Assembly: GCF_000018105.1 (NCBI RefSeq)
Contig: NC_009925.1
Location: 4,830,001-4,862,000 of the forward strand
Source of the DNA: Acaryochloris marina MBIC11017
GTDB lineage: Bacteria; Cyanobacteriota; Cyanobacteriia; Thermosynechococcales; Thermosynechococcaceae
Direction: 5' to 3'
DNA length: 32,000 nt
Position numbers and translations under genes: made by a program. This document shows, one piece after another, positions 24,100 to 32,000 of the stretch. How positions within the stretch are numbered: position 1 is the stretch's first letter; each line of letters starts with the position of its first letter. Under the pieces are notes generated by a model. The model was given only the letters and a program-made list of their open reading frames with translations, had not been told where the DNA came from and did not search any database.

Positions 24100-24992
24100 G
24101 TTCTAACGATTCCGCTCCAACCCCTAAGCTGTTAATAACGGGTGCCAGTGGCTTTTTGGGGTGGTATCTCTGCCAGGTTGCCCAATCCAGCTGGCAGGTC
24201 TTTGGCACCGCTTATTCCCATGCCGTCGAGATCCCTGGATGCTCGGTAGTGACGGTTGATTTACGGGATTTTGCTAGCCTCAAACAGGTTTTGCAAACGG
24301 TTCAGCCGGATGCGGTCATTCACGCTGCTGCCCAAGCACGTCCCCATGTCTGTCAAGCCGAGCCCCAATCGACCCATGCCATCAATGTAGAGGCGTCCTG
24401 GACCCTCGCTGACTTATGTGGGGAGTCTCAAATTCCATTGCTGTTTGTCTCAACCGATTTGGTTTTTGATGGGCAAGATCCTCCCTATCAGGAATCTGAT
24501 CTGGTTTCCCCCATCAATACCTATGGAGAACAGAAGGTAAAGGCAGAGCAAGGCATGGTGGAACGCTACCCTTCCACAGTGATTGCTCGTATGCCTTTGA
24601 TGTTTGGTGTGACGCCCCATGCAGCCAGTTTTATTCAACCGATGATCCAGAATTTAGAGGCAGGCATAGCGTTGCAGCTATTTGAGGATGAGTTTCGAAC
24701 CCCTGTGAGTGGATTGGATGCGGCGCGTGGCATTCTGCTGGCGCTCGCCAAGGGGGAAGGATATATTCATCTAGGTGGCAAAGAACGCCTCTCCAGATTT
24801 GAAATGGGACAACAGTTAGTAGATTGCTTAGGATATCCGCCTACTCTATTAACCGGCTGTTCTCAGACAGATGTATCCCTGTCTACACCTCGCCCTGCGG
24901 ATGTCTCTTTGGATAGTTCTCTCGCCTATTCTCTGGGCTATGCCCCCAATCTTTTTGGCCAGGCGCTTCGTCAGATGCTAGGTCAATCTTGA
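24093..24992 (+). CDS. SDR-family NAD(P)-dependent sugar-nucleotide reductase/epimerase (RmlD-like)
   Basis: 299-aa ORF. Rossmann motif LLITGASGFLG, catalytic YxxxK in NTYGEQKVKAE, and VSTDLVFDG typical of dTDP-4-dehydrorhamnose reductase-like proteins. The start overlaps the ADH stop by 7 nt. Confidence 0.8.
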   Translation: MLSSNDSAPTPKLLITGASGFLGWYLCQVAQSSWQVFGTAYSHAVEIPGCSVVTVDLRDFASLKQVLQTVQPDAVIHAAAQARPHVCQAEPQSTHAINVEASWTLADLCGESQIPLLFVSTDLVFDGQDPPYQESDLVSPINTYGEQKVKAEQGMVERYPSTVIARMPLMFGVTPHAASFIQPMIQNLEAGIALQLFEDEFRTPVSGLDAARGILLALAKGEGYIHLGGKERLSRFEMGQQLVDCLGYPPTLLTGCSQTDVSLSTPRPADVSLDSSLAYSLGYAPNLFGQALRQMLGQS

Positions 24993-25004
24993 ATTGGATT
25001 CAGG

Positions 25005-25355
25005 TTAACTACCCAACATAAAGGCAATCACAAATAAACCGTAAGTCAGTCCTAGTTTGAAGGTATTGAGAGCTTCTCCCCAGAGGGCTTTGCGAGCATT
25101 GCCGCGATTGCGATGAAAGATCCAGTTCACCACTTCTGTAAACAGGAGGACTAGGGCGGCGACGGTGATGTCGAGGTAGGCTAACTGACCTGCGATCGCA
25201 GCAAAGGATACGCCAATATAAATCCCAAACAGCAGCGCAATCACCAACACTGAAATCCGCCGCCAAGGGTTGCGCAACTCCTGCTTGAGTTGCTGACCTA
25301 GACCAGAGACTAAGGTATTGAGACGGGTATTCTGCATCAGAAATGCTCCCTGCAA
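25005..25355 (-). CDS. Ycf20-like (DUF565) small membrane protein
   Basis: The track start is TTG; the ATG at 25337 (MQNTRLNTLV...) is more likely. There are two to three TM helices and NPWRRISVLVIALLFG, as in cyanobacterial and plastid Ycf20. It starts 21 nt downstream of cutA. Confidence 0.75.
   Translation of the reverse strand: MQGAFLMQNTRLNTLVSGLGQQLKQELRNPWRRISVLVIALLFGIYIGVSFAAIAGQLAYLDITVAALVLLFTEVVNWIFHRNRGNARKALWGEALNTFKLGLTYGLFVIAFMLGS
25192..25199. repeat. HIP1 octamer GCGATCGC
   Basis: Exact match read in sequence. Confidence 0.95.
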
Positions 25356-25358
25356 CAG

Positions 25359-25679
25359 TTATGACTGAACCTGGGTGGAAATCCAGTTGAGATAGGGCAT
25401 CGAACCTGCCGTCACGGGCAAAGCAATGATCTCTGGTACATCATAGGTGTGTAATTCACGCACTTTCGTTTCTAAATCCGCAAATTTATCCTGTTGAGTC
25501 TTGATCATCAACTGCCATTCTGGCTCATTCTGCACCTTGTTATCCCAGGTATAGATAGATGATACGGGAAATAGACTGACACAGGCCGCCAGGTGATCCC
25601 GAACGAGAAGCGCTGCGATCGCAACCGCTTCATCTTCAGAAGAGGCAGTTACCATCACCACAATCGCGTCTGTTTCCAT
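25359..25679 (-). CDS. cutA: Divalent-cation tolerance protein CutA
   Basis: 106-aa ORF. VMVTASSEDEAVAIAALLVRDHLAACVSLFPVSSIYTWDNKVQNEPEWQLMIKT and HTYDVPEI are hallmark CutA1 sequences. Confidence 0.92.
   Translation of the reverse strand: METDAIVVMVTASSEDEAVAIAALLVRDHLAACVSLFPVSSIYTWDNKVQNEPEWQLMIKTQQDKFADLETKVRELHTYDVPEIIALPVTAGSMPYLNWISTQVQS
25615..25622. repeat. HIP1 octamer GCGATCGC
   Basis: Exact match read in sequence. Confidence 0.95.
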
Positions 25680-25963
25680 GCTCGAAAATCACTAGTTGGG
25701 TTCAACAATAGTGTATCGGCTATTGGGTCTAATCTGGCATGGCAAGCAGATCAATACCCAGGATTCGTAGGTGCGCCATCAACCTTAACTCTAAATATTT
25801 CTTATTTCGGGTTAATCCAGGTTTATACAGAAAATTCAAGGAATGAGAGCCAAAAATCTTATTTTTTACTCAAAACTGATAATTCACCACATTTAACGAT
25901 GCCAGGCAAGCTGTACATCCGGGGCACCTTAATGGATATGCAGCTTAGATTAAGACCACATCC

Positions 25964-28129
25964 TTGAATATGGTCAACGAGTCCTTACCGAAACGCTGGA
26001 AATTCAGAGCCCAAGTCATTCCTGCGCTCTTTGCATCCGAAGCAGACTGTGACCTTCTTTTGCAGTCGTATCGTGTGCGTGCTGATGGCATTATGGTGGC
26101 CATGAACGGCTTTTTATGCCTTGTTTGTTTTGCCCTTGCTCCCCTACGCAATACAGGAGCTGCAGCATTAGCGATTGGAGTTCCGACATTGCTCATCTCC
26201 CTTTGGCTAAAACATCGCCATTCGGGTGAGTTAGGGACGCGACTCTATATGGCCTGTGGCTTTATGATCTACACGGCTTTAATTATTCATCAGAACGGAG
26301 GTGTGACCGAAGCCCATTTTTCTGCCTTTGGACTGATTGGGGTTCTCCTCTATTATCGAGACTGGCGCACCATTCTTACTGCTACCGTATTTATCTACTT
26401 ACATCATTTCGTCTTGGGTTATGGCCAAACATTAGGTTGGCCCATTTATGTGTTTGCTGACTCCCATTTTTGGCGGATGTTTGTCAGTCATGTGCTCTAT
26501 TTCCTTCCCTTTGTGGGGATGATGTCTTATCTCTCTATTTGGCTGCGACGAGAAGGCTATGAAAACCAACAGGATCTAATTGCCCTTAGACAGGCAGAAC
26601 AGGAATTAACTCAATTTAATGAAGTCCTAGAAAAGCGGGTTGAAGAACGGACGTTTGAATTGCAAGCCGCAAAACTGGAAGCGGATCGTGCCAACCAGGC
26701 TAAAAGCGAATTTCTAGCCAACATGAGCCATGAACTTCGTACGCCTCTCAACGGCATCCTCGGTTACGCCCAAATTCTTAGCCGTTCCAAAACACTATCC
26801 GCTGAAGATAAAAATGGGGTAGGTGTCATATTAGATAGCGGTTCCCACCTATTGTCACTGATCAACGATGTCCTTGACTTAGCCAAAATCGAAGCCGGTA
26901 AACTGGAGCTTTTCCCGACCACCACCTCTTTGCCCAGCCTCTTACAAAGGGTCGTGGATATCTGCCAAATCAAGGCTACGCAGAAGGGACTTCAGTTTTT
27001 GTATAAACCTAGCCAGCTACCTGAAGGAATATTGGCTGACGAGAAATTGCTTTCTCAGGTACTGATCAATCTCATCGGCAACGCGATTAAGTTTACCGAT
27101 GCGGGGACAGTGACCTTCCAGATTGAAGTTCACAAGGGGAGTGATGGCCAGGTTTCTCTCATGTTCAAGGTAATCGATACAGGCAGGGGCATTGCTGAAG
27201 AAGATATAGACAAACTATTTGAGGCATTTGAACAAGTTGGAGATCATCACAAACAGTCTGAAGGAACTGGATTAGGTCTCGCCATTAGCCAACGCATTGT
27301 GCAATTGATGGGGGGGACGATTCATATCAACAGCAAGCCGGGGGATGGTAGTGAATTCTGGTTCATACTAGACTTCCCACTGGTCGAAAGTGGGGAAAAG
27401 CGACAGCCCTTCCGATTTAGTCAGCGGATCATCGGCTACCAAACTCCCCACAACCGACAGGGCGAGATTCCCCTTACCCTTCTGGTTGTAGATGACCGTT
27501 GGGAGAATCGAGCTGTTTTGCTCAATCTGCTTGAGCCCCTTGGATTTACTGTAATCGAAGCAGAAGACGGTCAAGTTGGGTTAGAGCAAATCCGCCGACA
27601 CCGCCCTGATTTAATCATCACCGATCTCGCCATGCCCATCATGGATGGTTTTGAGTTTCTGCAGCATATTCGTGAAGACGAGGACTTTAAAGCAACGAAA
27701 GTGATTGTCTCTTCCGCTTCAGTATCCCGGTCAGATCAGCAGATGGCCTTGGATCAAGGTGGAGATGCCTTTTTAGCCAAACCGATTGAGGCCAGCTTAC
27801 TCTTTCAAATGATCACTGAACAATTAAACATCAGCTGGCTCTATGAGGAGGGGGAACGACCTCTTGCATCTGAGACGGTCCCAACTGAGATCATCCTACC
27901 CTCGACTCAAGTCCTCGAAGAGCTATTCGCTTTATCCCAATACGGTGACGTATTTCGTCTAAAGGAAAAACTGAATGGGTTAGTGGAATCAGATCCGATT
28001 TATACTCCTTTCGCTCAACCCATTTTGGAATTGACCCAGTTATTTATGGTCGAAGAAATTGCAGAGATGCTAAGCACTCAGTTAGAAGAGAAACTGGCTC
28101 TATCGGGTGCGAGTAACCCAACAGATTAA
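25964..28129 (+). CDS. Membrane-bound hybrid sensor histidine kinase/response regulator
   Basis: The track start is TTG; the ATG at 25970 is likely. The N-terminal ~200 aa are polytopic membrane. A coiled coil follows, then H-box [19 protein letters not shown], then [16 protein letters not shown] and GTGLGLAI. The receiver is [11 protein letters not shown]...[13 protein letters not shown]...FLAKP, followed by a ~110-aa C-terminal extension of unknown function. Confidence 0.9.
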   Translation: MNMVNESLPKRWKFRAQVIPALFASEADCDLLLQSYRVRADGIMVAMNGFLCLVCFALAPLRNTGAAALAIGVPTLLISLWLKHRHSGELGTRLYMACGFMIYTALIIHQNGGVTEAHFSAFGLIGVLLYYRDWRTILTATVFIYLHHFVLGYGQTLGWPIYVFADSHFWRMFVSHVLYFLPFVGMMSYLSIWLRREGYENQQDLIALRQAEQELTQFNEVLEKRVEERTFELQAAKLEADRANQAKSEFLANMSHELRTPLNGILGYAQILSRSKTLSAEDKNGVGVILDSGSHLLSLINDVLDLAKIEAGKLELFPTTTSLPSLLQRVVDICQIKATQKGLQFLYKPSQLPEGILADEKLLSQVLINLIGNAIKFTDAGTVTFQIEVHKGSDGQVSLMFKVIDTGRGIAEEDIDKLFEAFEQVGDHHKQSEGTGLGLAISQRIVQLMGGTIHINSKPGDGSEFWFILDFPLVESGEKRQPFRFSQRIIGYQTPHNRQGEIPLTLLVVDDRWENRAVLLNLLEPLGFTVIEAEDGQVGLEQIRRHRPDLIITDLAMPIMDGFEFLQHIREDEDFKATKVIVSSASVSRSDQQMALDQGGDAFLAKPIEASLLFQMITEQLNISWLYEEGERPLASETVPTEIILPSTQVLEELFALSQYGDVFRLKEKLNGLVESDPIYTPFAQPILELTQLFMVEEIAEMLSTQLEEKLALSGASNPTD

Positions 28130-28377
28130 AAAAACAGGCGTTCTTCACTACACGTTCCTAGCCCTTTAGTAATGAAGCTGGCAAATCATGACGCGTGTAA
28201 GGATCAATCTCATATTTTTTGGCTAAGATAAATATTTCAAAATACCGGATAGTAAATCTTTCCCTAGGATCAGTATGATAAATCCCTCTCAAATTCCGTT
28301 TTCAATTTGATCGCGGACGCAGGGATTTTATGTTCATGCTTAAGCCTTAATTCCATCGCACTTCACAAAAGGCATCC

Positions 28378-30009
28378 ATGCAGATTATCTGGCTTCTGAT
28401 TAAAGCATCTTGGATCAGTGCGACCCTAGCGATTCTGACTGGGATTACCAGTGGGGTTTGCAGTGCCCGGCTGATTGCTTTGGTTAATTCTGCCATTAGC
28501 CAGAATGCGACCCAGTCACTGCTTATCTCCTTTGCCGGGTTGTCTATTTTGGCCTTTGTGACCGGGAGTCTGTCTCAGTTTCTACTGGTTGATCTGGCCC
28601 AAAATTCTGTCTATCAATTACGCCTGCGTTTGAGTCAGCGAATACTTGCATCTTCCCTACGACAGTTAGAACAGCTAGGTCCCAGCCGACTGTTTGCTGT
28701 CTTAACCCAAGACGTGCAGGCCATTTCTAATACCGTTTTTGTGATTCCATTCTTGTGTATTGACCTTGCGGTCGTGGGTGGATGCTTGATCTATCTGGGT
28801 TGGTTATCGATTTGGGTCTTTCTGATTGTGGTGGCCTTTATGGTCGTTGCGATTCCCTTGGTCCAGCTGTTGCTCAACTTTGCCTATCGCTATTTAAATC
28901 TGGCCCGCCAAGAAGATGACCAACTGTTCACCCATTTTCGCAGCATCACCGATGGTCTCAAAGAACTGAAGCTGCATTCTGTCCGCAGGCAGACTTTTTT
29001 TGCCGAAGATCTATCTGTCAGTGCGGCTAAATCCCGTCAATACCAAAAAAATGCCTTTAAGTTTGCGGCATTATCTAGTGGCGGTGGCCAGTTCCTATTC
29101 TTTCTACTGCTGGGGGTACTGCTGTTTGGTGTCCCCGAGGCTTTACCTTCCACTCAGGCCGTTTTACCTGCCTATATCCTCACTCTGTCTTACCTGATGG
29201 GACCTTTGGGAAATATTATCCAGCGCTTGCCCAATCTAGCCAGTGCCAATGTCTCCATTCAAAAAGTCAACCGTATGGGATTGAAGCTGGCTGAACATGC
29301 TGAGGTAGAAACGGTTGTAACCAAACCCACTCCCAAGGATTGGAACCAGTTGAAATTAGCAGGGGTTGTCCATACCTATCAAGATCCAGGGGCAGATCAT
29401 CAGTTTAGGGTGGGGCCGATTGACCTGACGATTAATTCAGGAGAGCTGGTCTTTATTGTCGGGGGCAATGGCAGTGGCAAATCTACTTTGGCAAAGTTGA
29501 TTACCGGTTTATACACCCCTGAGTCAGGAGAGATCCGTTTGGATGCTGAGCCAATTGTAGATACTAATCGTGAGTGGTATCGGCAGCTTTTTTCGACGGT
29601 TTTTGCGGACTATTATCTGTTTGAACGATTAATCAGCGAGGAGTTCTCTACCCTAGATGCCCAAGCTCGGGCCTATTTGCGCAAGTTAGAGCTGGAGCAA
29701 AAAGTCACTGTACAGGATGGACAGCTATCGACCACGGGACTCTCTCAAGGCCAGCGAAAACGGTTAGCCCTGTTGTCTGCCTATCTAGAAAATCGATCCA
29801 TCTACCTGTTTGATGAATGGGCTGCGGACCAAGATCCGATTTTTCGGGAGATCTTTTACACGCAGCTATTAGCTGAACTCAAGCAGCGAGGCAAGACCAT
29901 ACTCGTGATCAGCCATGATGACCATTTCTTCCACCTAGCAGACCGGATTATCAAGCTCGATTATGGTCGAATGGAATCTGATGAGTATTTGGCTGGTGAA
30001 CAGTGGTAA
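28378..30009 (+). CDS. Fused TMD-NBD ABC exporter, cyclic-peptide/siderophore-peptide exporter family (YojI/SyrD/PvdE-like)
   Basis: 543-aa ORF. The N-terminal transmembrane domain has six helices. Walker A GGNGSGKST, signature LSQGQRKRLALL, and Walker B region IYLFDEWAADQDP, which characterises the cyclic-peptide transporter subfamily. H-loop VISHDD. Confidence 0.85.
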   Translation: MQIIWLLIKASWISATLAILTGITSGVCSARLIALVNSAISQNATQSLLISFAGLSILAFVTGSLSQFLLVDLAQNSVYQLRLRLSQRILASSLRQLEQLGPSRLFAVLTQDVQAISNTVFVIPFLCIDLAVVGGCLIYLGWLSIWVFLIVVAFMVVAIPLVQLLLNFAYRYLNLARQEDDQLFTHFRSITDGLKELKLHSVRRQTFFAEDLSVSAAKSRQYQKNAFKFAALSSGGGQFLFFLLLGVLLFGVPEALPSTQAVLPAYILTLSYLMGPLGNIIQRLPNLASANVSIQKVNRMGLKLAEHAEVETVVTKPTPKDWNQLKLAGVVHTYQDPGADHQFRVGPIDLTINSGELVFIVGGNGSGKSTLAKLITGLYTPESGEIRLDAEPIVDTNREWYRQLFSTVFADYYLFERLISEEFSTLDAQARAYLRKLELEQKVTVQDGQLSTTGLSQGQRKRLALLSAYLENRSIYLFDEWAADQDPIFREIFYTQLLAELKQRGKTILVISHDDHFFHLADRIIKLDYGRMESDEYLAGEQW

Positions 30010-30045
30010 GGCAATCTCGACTAGCAGGGACTTAATGTCCGAAAA

Positions 30046-30975
30046 TTAGCCCACTAATGCAGGTTCCCCCATTCGACCAGAGAGCATTGGCGCTGTATCA
30101 AATAAGTCAGAGCACAGCACTTCGCAGGAATTATTCGGACTTTCAATCAGCTTGATGCGATGAAGTTCTGCCCCAATTTTGAGGATCGGCTCTCGCAGGA
30201 GTTTGGCGATATAGAATGCAATATTTTCAGCCGTAGGAACGACCTTTTCAAAGTAGGGAATGTCTTTATTCAAGAAGGTATGGTCAAGGGGGTCTAGGAC
30301 CACATCGTCGACCAGGCTTTGGAGAGCGACTAAATCCACAATCATGCCTGTCCGGGCATCCACCTCACCTTTAACGGTCACTTCTAGGTGGTAGTTATGG
30401 CCATGACCATGAGGTCGAGCGCATTTGCCATAGATTTCGCAGTTTTCTTCAAAACTCAGTTCGGGAAGTGCTAATCGATGCGCAGCACTAAAATGACTTC
30501 CAACAGTTAAATAGGCTTCCATGCCAGCTCCTTTGTAGTCGGCCCACAGTTTGGGATGTTCAAAAAGTTGAATGTTTACGATTGGCAAGTGGGGTTCTAA
30601 CCGCTGCCAGATCACCCGTGCCAGATGCTCCGTAGTGGGTAGGGTTTCCTTAAACTCAGGCCATACCTCATTCAGATAGGAAAAATTAAGGGGGGCAGTA
30701 ACCTCCCGCTTAATCACTTGCTTGACGTTTGAGAGATTTAAAACCATCCCATATTGATCGAGTTCGCCCCACATGGAGACAAACAATTCATAGTTATGGC
30801 CATGGCCCGGGGAACGTGTACATTGTCCAAATTTTTCCTGATTTTCTGATTTAGATAGCTCAGGTAACCAATACCGATGGCTGGCAGAAAACTCAGCGCG
30901 TCGGTGGATAAGACATTTCATAACAAGGCAAACCGTAGCAACAGCCGCTCTTCGTTGGAGACACGGCGATAACAT
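30046..30975 (-). CDS. Tandem-domain 6-pyruvoyl-tetrahydropterin / 6-carboxytetrahydropterin synthase (PTPS/QueD family)
   Basis: There are two PTPS repeats, each with the Cys...His-Gly-His motif: CTRSPGHGHNYELFV and CARPHGHGHNYHLEV. Each is preceded by FSASHRYW or FSAAHRL. The ATG at 30921 (MKCLIHRRAEFSASH) is the more likely start. Confidence 0.85.
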   Translation of the reverse strand: MLSPCLQRRAAVATVCLVMKCLIHRRAEFSASHRYWLPELSKSENQEKFGQCTRSPGHGHNYELFVSMWGELDQYGMVLNLSNVKQVIKREVTAPLNFSYLNEVWPEFKETLPTTEHLARVIWQRLEPHLPIVNIQLFEHPKLWADYKGAGMEAYLTVGSHFSAAHRLALPELSFEENCEIYGKCARPHGHGHNYHLEVTVKGEVDARTGMIVDLVALQSLVDDVVLDPLDHTFLNKDIPYFEKVVPTAENIAFYIAKLLREPILKIGAELHRIKLIESPNNSCEVLCSDLFDTAPMLSGRMGEPALVG

Positions 30976-31025
30976 TTCTTAAAATTTTAACCTATGGCTC
31001 AGGTTCTCTGGGTTAAGCCAGAAGC

Positions 31026-31967
31026 TTACAAGGATTTAAGCCAAGCCAGAGGTAAGGACATCAGCTTCCGTCGACTAGGAACGTAGGCCCGACGGGTAAA
31101 GACATCATATTGGTTCTGCTCAATCACATCCAGAATTTGGCGGTAGAGCACCAGAGCCGACCATACGGGCCAGCGAGCATCCTTTTGCAGGGTGCCAATT
31201 CCTGACTCCGCCTGAGCAAAATATTTGCGCGCCCGACGGATTTGGAACTTCATAAAGGCTCGCCAGCGATCGTCGATGACGCCATTGAATAAGTCTGCTT
31301 CGGTGTAGTCAAAGGCAGCTAAATCCTCTAGGGGGAGGTAGATCCGCCCTCGACGAGCATCTTCACCCACGTCCCGGAGAATATTAGTAAGCTGATTGGC
31401 AATGCCTAAATCAACGGCCTTGTTAATGGTATTGACGGGATTGTTAAGAACTCTAGGGGGACTCCAGGGAGCCTGTAAGCGATCGCAAAAGCGTTCCACT
31501 CCCATAATCTGGGCCGACATTAGACCCACCGTCCCGGCAACCCGGTAGCAGTAGAGGTGCAAGTCTTCAAAGGTTTCATAGCGATCGCGAACTAAATCCA
31601 TTCGCTGTCCGGCAATCATATCCCGGAACGGTTGGATATCGAGGCCAAAGCGTTCTACGGTGTCCACAAGGGCTACATCTGGGTCATCCACAGGATGGCC
31701 TGCGAACACAGATTCAAGCTGTTCTTCCCACTTATCTAGCGTCTCAGAGGTGGTAAACGCCGCTTGGGGACCATCTACTAATTCATCCGTCAGCCGACAC
31801 CAGACATAAATAGCCCAAACGCCTTGCCGCTTTTCGGGCGACATCAGCTGAGTGCCCAGATAAAAGGTCTTGGCATAATCGGCGGTTACTTGCCGACATT
31901 GCTCGTAGGAGTCTTCAAGAGACGCCAGTTTTTTTGTGGGTCTTGGAGTTTCAGGCAGTTGCAGCAT
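31026..31967 (-). CDS. crtB: Phytoene synthase
   Basis: 313-aa ORF. Asp-rich motifs CRLTDELVDG and ILRDVGEDARRGRIYLP, with YAKTFYLGT near the N-terminus. A TAA (minus strand) at 31998-32000 could be the stop of an upstream co-oriented gene, but this cannot be judged from the window. Confidence 0.95.
   Translation of the reverse strand: MLQLPETPRPTKKLASLEDSYEQCRQVTADYAKTFYLGTQLMSPEKRQGVWAIYVWCRLTDELVDGPQAAFTTSETLDKWEEQLESVFAGHPVDDPDVALVDTVERFGLDIQPFRDMIAGQRMDLVRDRYETFEDLHLYCYRVAGTVGLMSAQIMGVERFCDRLQAPWSPPRVLNNPVNTINKAVDLGIANQLTNILRDVGEDARRGRIYLPLEDLAAFDYTEADLFNGVIDDRWRAFMKFQIRRARKYFAQAESGIGTLQKDARWPVWSALVLYRQILDVIEQNQYDVFTRRAYVPSRRKLMSLPLAWLKSL
31479..31486. repeat. HIP1 octamer GCGATCGC
   Basis: Exact match read in sequence. 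Confidence 0.95.
31581..31588. repeat. HIP1 octamer GCGATCGC
   Basis: Exact match read in sequence. Confidence 0.95.
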
Positions 31968-32000
31968 TCGGGATTGACTGGGAAACTGGCTTGGACGTTA

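Noticed and set aside
30010-30045. A weak 4-bp hairpin (ggac ttaat gtcc) between the convergent ABC exporter and PTPS genes, considered as a terminator
   Set aside because: The stem is too short and has no U-tract, so it is not supportable as a terminator.
1-32000. A search for CRISPR arrays, rRNA or tRNA genes, IS elements, integrases, retron or DGR reverse transcriptases, and long tandem repeats
   Set aside because: I saw no regularly spaced direct repeats, no transposase, integrase or RT-like ORF, and no structured-RNA hallmarks in any intergenic region. The only repeats seen are HIP1 octamers, short palindromes and the 33-nt-period coding repeat in the lipoprotein gene.

Overview
This is a cyanobacterial chromosomal segment. 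It carries 11 perfect HIP1 octamers (GCGATCGC) and recognisable housekeeping genes: hemB, trpB, rpmG-rpsR, an RNase II/R-family gene, cutA, a ycf20-like gene, a tandem PTPS/QueD gene and crtB. I call 31 protein-coding features. One is an 832-codon hybrid histidine kinase at the left edge that the ORF track omits because it has no in-window stop. I found no rRNA, tRNA, CRISPR array, transposase or integrase. Four things stand out. (1) A four-gene minus-strand H-NOX (haem-NO sensor) phosphorelay at 1-5004: H-NOX, HNOBA-domain kinase, CheY-like receiver, then a REC-GAF hybrid kinase. (2) A likely accessory block between that operon and hemB (5005-10619). It holds a 965-bp, very AT-rich, ORF-poor spacer and an orphan oxidative cassette: SAM methyltransferase, haem-oxygenase-like diiron enzyme and TauD-family Fe/2OG dioxygenase. 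It also holds a solitary 563-aa ABC/SMC-like ATPase fused to a Toprim (OLD/DUF4435-like) domain, which is my best candidate for an anti-phage defence gene (class-1 OLD or fused PARIS-like). (3) A second small islet (13765-16219) with an AT-rich P4H-like 2OG oxygenase, a vapBC toxin-antitoxin pair with an operator-like inverted repeat, and frameshifted gene remnants. (4) Smaller oddities: a lipoprotein with four LEA-like 11-mer repeats, a PNPOx-like gene coupled to a DUF1537 kinase, an orphan cyclic-peptide-type ABC exporter beside a hybrid kinase, and several palindromes and hairpins. All functional calls rest on motifs read by eye. No database search or composition calculation was possible.
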